A stretch of DNA of 63,853 nucleotides, taken from positions 42,953-106,805 of the forward strand of contig CAYXKE010000002.1 in assembly GCA_964464935.1 (NCBI GenBank). Reading direction: 5' to 3'. Position 1 is the stretch's first letter. Every line of letters starts with the position of its first letter. The DNA is from an uncultured Chryseobacterium sp. (GTDB lineage: Bacteria; Bacteroidota; Bacteroidia; Flavobacteriales_F; PHOS-HE28). This document shows positions 57,927 through 63,853 of this stretch, piece after piece. A program made the translations under genes and the position numbers. The notes below the pieces were generated by a model. That model ran no database searches and was not told the origin of the DNA. It saw nothing but the letters and a program-made list of their open reading frames with translations.

Positions 57927-59461
57927 CCGATCGTTACCGGACGGCGCTCCGCGTGCGAGAGGTTCACGGTGGTCTCCTTGCCGCCATGCATGGCCTTGCG
58001 GATCTTCTCGGGCGTCCAGATGCTGTCGTTGCGCAGCAGGTACTCGGCCAGGTCCACCGGGCGGCTCAGGCGGATGCACCCGTGACTGAAGGCGCGCTTC
58101 TCCCGGGCGAAGGCCCCTTTGCTGGGCGTATCGTGGAAGTAGATGCTGTAGTTGTTGGGGAAGAGGAACTTCACCAGGCCGAGGGCGTTCGCCGGGCCGG
58201 GCTTCTGGCGGATCGCCGGCAGCGCGGCCGTGCCCCCCACCACCTCCATGCCTTTCTTGCGCAGGTGGTCCGGGTCCTTGGCCAGTGCCGGCAGGATCTC
58301 GCCCCGCACGATGCTGACGGGCACGTTCCAGTAAGGGCTGAACACGATCCGCTTCAGGGTGTCGCTGAAGATCACCGTGCGTGTGGCCGCGGCGCCCACC
58401 ACCACATCCATGCTCCACGCCGGGCGGCCATCCTCGAAGATGTGCATGCGGAACTCGGGGATGTTCACCAGGATCAGGTCGGGCGCAATGGTGGGCGCCA
58501 CCCAGCGCAGGCGCTCCATGTTCACCAGCAGGGTGCGGATGCGGTCGCGCGGAGGCACGTTGAGCTGCGCCATCACACCCGCTCCGATCACCCCGTCGGG
58601 CTGCAGGCCATGACGGCCCTGGAAGCGGCGCACGGCTTCCACCAGTGCGCTGTCGTACCGAATGGAGCGCATCACCAGGGTATCGCTGCCGGCACGCAGG
58701 TCGCCCAGCAGCATCAGGCGGTGCCGGATGTCGGCCACCACAGCCACCGTATCGCCGGGCTCGATCTTGCGCCGGCCGCCCAGGTCGAGCTTGGTCCACG
58801 GGCCCAACGTGTCGATCTCATGGAAGTGCTTCAGAGCGGCCTTGAGCCGGGCGTATTGCGGGTGCACGGGCTCCATGGGCGAGAGGTCCATGTGGCCGGC
58901 CGCGAGCGAGTCGATCAGCTGGGAGTAATCCTTCTTGCTGCGCGGAATGAACCAGTCGAGCTCGCGCAGGTCGCGGTCCACCCGGCCGCCGTAGGTCTTG
59001 TCGGCAAAGCGGAAGAACTGGGCGGTGAGCGAGAGCTCCAGGTCCAGCCGACAGCTGTCGCAACCCCATATGTCGTGGCCGTTGGCGCCCAGCAGCAGGT
59101 GGTCCAGGCGGTCGCGCAGGGTGGCGATCTCCCGGTAGGTGGTGTCGGCCGAGCGCACCAGCGCGGCAAAGCCGGCGGCGGAATGGGAGAGGGAATCGTT
59201 CACGAACCAGGCGTACTGGCCGTGGCGTCGGGCATAGAACGCCCGCACATCGGCGGAGTCGATCGCGTACTCCGGATGACGGGCCAGGAACGCGGCGATG
59301 TCCGCGCTGTCGAGCGTGCGGATGGTGTAGGCCTGCGGGGTCTCGAACACCTCGGCGATGCGCTGGGCCTGCTCCTCCAAGGTGGGTGCAGTGGGAGTGG
59401 GGCCCTCGCAGGCCACCAGGGCCAGGCACAGTACGGGCAGGACGTGGACCGGTCGGATCAT
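57791..59461 (-). CDS. L,D-transpeptidase family protein (YcbB/LdtD-like)
   Basis: Lipoprotein-like start MIRPVHVLPVLCLALVAC. A PG-binding-like region is present (AVRRFQGRHGLQPDGVIG). The YkuD catalytic block is HDTPSKGAFAREKRAFSHGCIRL. Confidence 0.85.
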   Translation of the reverse strand: MIRPVHVLPVLCLALVACEGPTPTAPTLEEQAQRIAEVFETPQAYTIRTLDSADIAAFLARHPEYAIDSADVRAFYARRHGQYAWFVNDSLSHSAAGFAALVRSADTTYREIATLRDRLDHLLLGANGHDIWGCDSCRLDLELSLTAQFFRFADKTYGGRVDRDLRELDWFIPRSKKDYSQLIDSLAAGHMDLSPMEPVHPQYARLKAALKHFHEIDTLGPWTKLDLGGRRKIEPGDTVAVVADIRHRLMLLGDLRAGSDTLVMRSIRYDSALVEAVRRFQGRHGLQPDGVIGAGVMAQLNVPPRDRIRTLLVNMERLRWVAPTIAPDLILVNIPEFRMHIFEDGRPAWSMDVVVGAAATRTVIFSDTLKRIVFSPYWNVPVSIVRGEILPALAKDPDHLRKKGMEVVGGTAALPAIRQKPGPANALGLVKFLFPNNYSIYFHDTPSKGAFAREKRAFSHGCIRLSRPVDLAEYLLRNDSIWTPEKIRKAMHGGKETTVNLSHAERRPVTIGYFTAWVDAEGELNFRDDVYGHDGRLAQELFVGAPVPVPEEVLLP

Positions 59462-59490
59462 GCGGAGGGAGGGGAGCGTGCCACCGGCAC

Positions 59491-60159
59491 TCAGCGCGGC
59501 GCGTACACGTAGAGCAGCCCGCCATCGGCGAGCAGTTGGATCATGCGGTCCATCTGATCACGTGCCACTGCGGGGCATCCCCAGCTGCGACCCAACCTCC
59601 CATGTTCGGCGATGAATTCGGGGCTGACATAATCAGCCCCATGCATGATCACTTCACGGGCCAGGGCCTGGCAGTTCACGCCCTTGTCCAGCCCGTGCAG
59701 CAGCAGGGCGGGTCCGTGCTTGGGGCTGACGATCTCGGCGCCCACGCGGTACAGCCCCAGGCTCGTCTGGTGCGAGCCCATCCGGTTGCTGAACGTCGTG
59801 GCCATCAGCTCACCGCTCTTCTGCCCGTGGGCCACCCAGGTGCGCAGCACCAGTTCCTTCTTCTCCAGGTCGATCAGGTACAGGCGCTTGGCCGTGCTCG
59901 GCTGGCTCATGTCGGCGATGGCGAGCATGCGGGCGTTCAGGCCGTGGTGCTCCACCCGGGCGATGCCGGCCGCAAAGGCCTCCTTGCCCAGGGTGCCGGC
60001 CAGTCCCACCGCATCATAGAGCAGGTCCACCGCATCAGTGCGCTCGGCGGCCACTTCGGTGCCTTCGTGGGTGGGCGGATCGGCCACAGGCTCCGGTGCG
60101 GGCAGCACCCAGCTGAACCAATTCGACAGCCAAATGACGAGCAATGGCAATTTCCACAT
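59491..60159 (-). CDS. L,D-transpeptidase catalytic domain family protein (YkuD_2 type)
   Basis: RLYLIDLEKKELVLRTWVAHGQKSG...HGLDKGVN...IMHGADYV...GRSWGCPAV is the YkuD_2 signature with the catalytic Cys. Confidence 0.82.
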   Translation of the reverse strand: MWKLPLLVIWLSNWFSWVLPAPEPVADPPTHEGTEVAAERTDAVDLLYDAVGLAGTLGKEAFAAGIARVEHHGLNARMLAIADMSQPSTAKRLYLIDLEKKELVLRTWVAHGQKSGELMATTFSNRMGSHQTSLGLYRVGAEIVSPKHGPALLLHGLDKGVNCQALAREVIMHGADYVSPEFIAEHGRLGRSWGCPAVARDQMDRMIQLLADGGLLYVYAPR

Positions 60160-60359
60160 GCTTCCTTGCGCGGTCCCGTTATCCGTCGTTCTTGTGCGCT
60201 TCCAAACCGCCTATGGATCAACGGGCGGTGAATCTAACGATCGGAATGAACGGGTGGTGTTCTACGCGGCACCATCGGGCAGGGTTCTTTCGACGAGCCC
60301 GCCGTCCCATGCGATGGATCGATGGGGCCACCGGTTGGCCGGCCGTGGGCCGGCAGTGC

Positions 60360-61679
60360 TCACCCCTTCAAAATGGCCTTCGCATAATTCGCCCAGCTCA
60401 TCGTCTTCGTGGCCTCCACCACGTTCGCGCGGGGGATGGGGCGCTCGATGCTCGCATTCATCACCCGCACCATGTCGGCGATGTGCTTCGGCTGGGCCAG
60501 GTAGCCGTTGAACCCGTCGGTGATGGTCTCGGGGAAGTGCCCCACGCGCGTGGCCACCGCGGGCAGTCGGAAGTTGTAGCTCAGGCTCTCCACTCCGCTC
60601 GGGGTCGCGGTTTCGTAGAACAGCACGATCGTATCGGCGGCCTGGAAGTAGGGCGGCACCTCCTCGTTCGGGATGAAGCGGTCCACCACCAGCGTGCGGT
60701 CGCGGATGCCCAGGGTGTCCACCATCGCCAGTGGATCGTAGTTGCGCTCGTCGTCGGCCTTTTTCAGGAACAGCTGCTTCAGCGTGCCGAACACCGCGTT
60801 CTTCACCTTCGTGCTGAGCTTGCTCTGGTCCACCGTCTGCCAGAAGCGCTCGCCCACGATCATCAGGCTCACATCATCGCGCTGCTTCGCGAGCTCCGCG
60901 AACGCCTCGATGCAGTAGTGCAATCCCTTGTACTTCCGGATGAAGCCGAAGAAGAGGAACACATGCTTCCGCAAGCCGTGCTGTGCCTTCCACGCTTCCT
61001 TGTCGAACGAGGGATCGGGCGTGAAGAGGGTGTAGATCGGGTGGTAGAGCTTGAGGATGGCACGGAGCCCGGTGCCCTGCGGCCGGACATCGCGCGCACC
61101 ATCGAGCGTGAGATGGAATTCCTCGCCGGCGAACAGGGCTTTCAACTCCTCCGCGGTCTTGTATGCGTGCACGATGAAGCTGTGGCCGTGGCGCAGGGCC
61201 ATGCGCGTGAGCCGGGCATCGAGGCTGCTCTGCTCCTTGGCGGCCACGAAGTGCAGGTCGAAGAGGACCTCGGCCTTCGTGTGTTTGCGCAGGTACCTGG
61301 CGATGGTGTTCAGCGGGATGCCCTGCGTGGGGTTGTACCACTGGATGATCACCTTGTCGGGCTTAAGCTCGGCGATGGCCTTCGCGGTCTTCCGCCAGGT
61401 GCGGGGATCGTTCCAGTTGGTGAGGTAGTGCACCGGGATGTCATAGCCCTCGAGGAAGCTGGTGCGGCTGGCCTTGTCCACGAACTCGCGGGGGATGATG
61501 GCCGGGTATTGCTGGGTCCAGCTCACGATGGTCACCTGCGCGCCTTCATCCTTGAGCGCACGTGCCAACGCCGTGTTGTACTGCGCGATGCCGCCCTTGA
61601 ACCGGGGGCCAGGGCCGAAGCAGATGATGTGGGGGGAGGTCAAAACGAACAGGGGTTGACCGCGACGATGCGGTGACAC
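60360..61679 (-). CDS. glycosyltransferase family 4 (GT-B fold)
   Basis: The 439-aa protein has the N-terminal block ICFGPGPRFKGGIAQYN. The C-terminal half has an E-x7-E-like region (LFYETATPSGVESLSYNF). Confidence 0.8.
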   Translation of the reverse strand: MSPHRRGQPLFVLTSPHIICFGPGPRFKGGIAQYNTALARALKDEGAQVTIVSWTQQYPAIIPREFVDKASRTSFLEGYDIPVHYLTNWNDPRTWRKTAKAIAELKPDKVIIQWYNPTQGIPLNTIARYLRKHTKAEVLFDLHFVAAKEQSSLDARLTRMALRHGHSFIVHAYKTAEELKALFAGEEFHLTLDGARDVRPQGTGLRAILKLYHPIYTLFTPDPSFDKEAWKAQHGLRKHVFLFFGFIRKYKGLHYCIEAFAELAKQRDDVSLMIVGERFWQTVDQSKLSTKVKNAVFGTLKQLFLKKADDERNYDPLAMVDTLGIRDRTLVVDRFIPNEEVPPYFQAADTIVLFYETATPSGVESLSYNFRLPAVATRVGHFPETITDGFNGYLAQPKHIADMVRVMNASIERPIPRANVVEATKTMSWANYAKAILKG

Positions 61680-61719
61680 GACGGGTACGCGGCGTATCGT
61701 CCAGAACGGATCGACATGA

Positions 61720-61981
61720 TCATTGCTGCAAGTTGTTCACCACGCGACGCATTCCGTTCTTAAGAAGGGCGCTGTGGAAATTGATGATCAGACCCAGGCG
61801 ATCGCCCGTGAGCTTGAGGTATGCCAGCGGCAAGGCTACCTGCCGTTCCACTTTGAAACCCATGCGCAGGCTCATGGGCCAGGCACGCCTCATACGCGCT
61901 TTCCAGTAGCCCAGGACCAAAGAACCGGTGCACTTGGAATGCGGCATCCACGATCCCGTCGGCTATCCGATTCTCATGCAT
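61720..61981 (-). pseudogene. decayed GxxExxY protein (PD-(D/E)XK superfamily) gene
   Basis: The N-part MHENRIADGIVDAAFQVHRFFGPGLLESAYEACLAHE contains the GxxExxY motif as GLLESAY. The C-part LRMGFKVERQVALPL/AYLKLTGDRLGLIINFHSALLKNGMRRVVNNL lies in a different frame, consistent with a one-base shift after ...LAHE. About 35-40 central residues are missing compared with the family as I remember it. Confidence 0.72.
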
Positions 61982-62019
61982 TCCCGTTGCAGTCCGTCGC
62001 GTCGCTGCGTCGTCGCGGT

Positions 62020-63054
62020 TCACACTTTCTTCAACGCCGCCTCATACACCCGCCGCATCCCTTCCTCGATGCTGATCCGGGCCTCCCAGCCGAGGTTTTC
62101 CTTCACCCAGGTCATGTCGCAATAGCGGCTGTGCACGCCCACGGGTTTGTCGAGCAGCGGTTTGATGGTGGGTTTGTAGCCCGCGAAGCCGGTGAAGACC
62201 TCGATCAGCTCCAGGAAGCTGGTGAGCCTGCCCATGCCGATGTTGATCGCCCGGCCGTCGCCGATCTTGTCCATGGCCAGCAGGGTGAGGTCGAGCACGT
62301 CGTCGATGTGCACGAAGTCGCGGCCCTGCCTGCCGGTGCCCCACACCTCGAAGGGGTTCTCCTTGCGGGCGGCACGTGCGGCGATGGCCGGCACGGGATA
62401 GGAGAGGTCCTGGTCCTCGCCGTAGCCGCTGAAGGGACGGATGCAGGTGACGTGTACGCCGTAGTGGCTCGCCGCGATCTTGGCCAGATACTCGCCGGTG
62501 AGCTTGCTCCAGCCGTAGGTCATGTCGGGCTCGCCCATCTTCTTGAAGTCGATGTCGCTCTCCTTCAGCTGCAGCGTGTTGCTTTCGGTCTGCAGGTCGA
62601 TGGGGTAGGCGGCGCTGCTGCTGGGGTAGAGGAAGCGGCGCGGCTTGTTGCGGCATACGTAGAGGAACATCTCCGCATCGATGCTCAGGTCCTGTGCCAC
62701 CAGCATGGGGTCGCCATCGATCTTGCTTCGGCCACCCACGATGGCGGCGAAGTGGAAGATGTCGTCGAACTGCACCAGGTCCTGCCCATAGGTCTTGCGG
62801 AACCACTGGGGATCCTTGTTCAGCTCGCGCAGCACATCGCGCAGGTCGGCCTGCAGGAAGAGCAGGCGTTCATCCTCGCCATATATGCTGAGGTCCTTGT
62901 GCTGGAAACGCAGGCGCTGGCCCAGCCAGGTGTCCGGATGGGTGCCTACGCTGAGGTCGTCGATGAACAGGACCCGCGCCCCCTGTGCATCGAGGCGCTT
63001 GACCATGTTGCGGCCCACGAATCCGCAGCCGCCGGTAACGAGGTGTGTAGCCAT
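62020..63054 (-). CDS. NAD-dependent epimerase/dehydratase (extended SDR)
   Basis: Start at MATHLVTGGCGFVGRNMV (GxxGxxG). The catalytic YGWSK (YxxxK) is present. Length is about 344 aa. Confidence 0.88.
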   Translation of the reverse strand: MATHLVTGGCGFVGRNMVKRLDAQGARVLFIDDLSVGTHPDTWLGQRLRFQHKDLSIYGEDERLLFLQADLRDVLRELNKDPQWFRKTYGQDLVQFDDIFHFAAIVGGRSKIDGDPMLVAQDLSIDAEMFLYVCRNKPRRFLYPSSSAAYPIDLQTESNTLQLKESDIDFKKMGEPDMTYGWSKLTGEYLAKIAASHYGVHVTCIRPFSGYGEDQDLSYPVPAIAARAARKENPFEVWGTGRQGRDFVHIDDVLDLTLLAMDKIGDGRAINIGMGRLTSFLELIEVFTGFAGYKPTIKPLLDKPVGVHSRYCDMTWVKENLGWEARISIEEGMRRVYEAALKKV

Positions 63055-63141
63055 GGGTCGATGGCGCACCCCGGGCCGTTCCACAGGGATCGTGCGCCGG
63101 GCAAAGATGAGGGGATCATGCGTCGCACCGCGACGGGTGCC

Positions 63142-63432
63142 TCAGGCGTTTTCCCCGATCGACGGTGGGTCGGGCAGGGGCATCCAGTGGGTCACGGCGT
63201 CGAAGAACTGGTTGCTGCCGCCTTCACCCTGCCACAGGTGCGGTGATCCCGTGTATCCCGTGCGGCTGGGATGATGGATGAAATGGTCGTGCAGCAGCCG
63301 CAGTACCACCACGGGCCGCAGCTCGCGCGCTCCGGTCTTGCCGGGCAGGAACACGGCGTTGCCGGGCACATACGCGAGCACACGATGCCCATGTTCGGGC
63401 AGGCGCTCGCTCACGGGGATCCAGCCGTTCAT
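63142..63432 (-). CDS. DUF551 domain-containing protein
   Basis: Start at MNGWIPVSERLPEHGHRVLAY and end at VTHWMPLPDPP. This W-I-x-V-x-E-x-LPE ... THWMPLP pattern is what I associate with DUF551, a family common in phages. Confidence 0.6.
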   Translation of the reverse strand: MNGWIPVSERLPEHGHRVLAYVPGNAVFLPGKTGARELRPVVVLRLLHDHFIHHPSRTGYTGSPHLWQGEGGSNQFFDAVTHWMPLPDPPSIGENA

Positions 63433-63434
63433 GC

Positions 63435-63853
63435 TCACAGGGGGTCGAGGGGCAGGTGCGGGGCCGTCACCTGGTCGATGATCTGCTGCACAGCGGCGGC
63501 GGCATGGGCCTTTACCTCGGGGCCGGCATCGGCGTAGAGCTTGTCGGCTTCCTTGCGCACCAGGTACGAGATCAGCTCCGGGCGGATCTCCAGACCCGTG
63601 GCGGTCACCACGCCTTTGGGGTGATGGGTCCACTGCCAGAGCAGGCGCACGGCCAGGCGCACGGAAGAGCGGTCGTGCAGTCGGCTGCCCTGCACCACAC
63701 GGCCCTGGCCATTGAGGCGCTGCACCAGTGCGCGGAGCAGGGTGCGCACGCCGCCCAGCAGGCTGTCGGTGGTGATCTCGCCTTCGGGCGGCTGCACCAG
63801 CAGGGCGGGGTCCACGGGCTCGGTGCGCTGGTAGTAGAGCTGATGCGCGCGCG
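63435..63853 (-). CDS. hypothetical protein, C-terminal part only (frame stays open to the right edge)
   Basis: The reverse frame reads ...RAHQLYYQRTEPVDPALLVQPPEGEITTDSLLGG... with no stop up to position 63853. The M listed in the track is a GTG. The stop lies 2 nt from the DUF551 start. No family recognised. Confidence 0.5.
   Translation of the reverse strand, partial: RAHQLYYQRTEPVDPALLVQPPEGEITTDSLLGGVRTLLRALVQRLNGQGRVVQGSRLHDRSSVRLAVRLLWQWTHHPKGVVTATGLEIRPELISYLVRKEADKLYADAGPEVKAHAAAAVQQIIDQVTAPHLPLDPL

Noticed and set aside
60338-60354. A perfect 7-bp stem hairpin (gccggcc-gtg-ggccggc) just downstream of the GT4 stop on the minus strand.
   Set aside because: No U run follows on the transcribed strand. 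GC-rich palindromes of this size are common here, so confidence as a terminator is low.

Overview
This is a visibly GC-rich chromosomal segment. I did not compute the GC value. It most likely comes from a Bacteroidota bacterium. The evidence is a type-B T9SS C-terminal-domain cargo gene followed by PorP/SprF, the BamD-RpoZ-CoaBC-DUF4835 gene order, the DUF4920, DUF1573 and DUF4835 families, and one TAnnTTTG-type promoter box.

I can support about 55 protein-coding genes, one decayed pseudogene, one coding trinucleotide repeat, and a few hairpins and operator-like sites. I saw no rRNA, tRNA, CRISPR array, transposase or integrase. Many long ORFs in the track are antisense or out-of-frame artefacts of the high GC content. 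In many real genes the true start lies well inside the listed ORF.

Gene content from left to right:
- 0-12 kb: saccharopine dehydrogenase and dienelactone hydrolase. A cyanophycin set follows, with divergent cphA and cphB and an isoaspartyl dipeptidase about 4.6 kb further on. An OmpA/TSP3 protein, a YtxH/holin-like stress-type trio and an AI-2E transporter lie between them.
- 12-22 kb: a co-directional surE-lpxB-spoIID-comEC-DUF4920 string, then ridA, ychF and dcp.
- 22-31 kb: a tightly coupled T9SS module (type-B CTD adhesin, PorP/SprF, PD40-OmpA-DUF1573 protein), an S1/P1 nuclease and an alpha-oxoamine synthase.
- 31-37 kb: the bamD-rpoZ-coaBC-DUF4835 core, a proline-rich protein with a (GGC)n(GGA)n repeat, and three ATGA-coupled genes for small secreted proteins of unknown function.
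- 37-48 kb: an orphan DUF1987 (SiaC-like) gene, acs, ettA, a GT-C glycosyltransferase, a PadR-PspC pair, an Omp28-like protein and an arginase-family enzyme.
- 48-63 kb: a dense cell-envelope region holding a DsbA-like protein, a LysM lytic-transglycosylase homologue, an SGNH-SGNH-MBOAT O-acylation cassette, a GT2 plus GT-C-like pair, two L,D-transpeptidases, a GT4 and an SDR epimerase.
- Right edge: a DUF551 gene and a truncated unknown gene.

The best candidates for something undescribed:
1. The LysM lytic-transglycosylase homologue appears to have lost its catalytic glutamate and is translationally coupled to the O-acylation cassette.
2. The three-gene operon of small secreted proteins has no recognisable function.

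All family calls come from motif and sequence recognition by eye, not from database searches.
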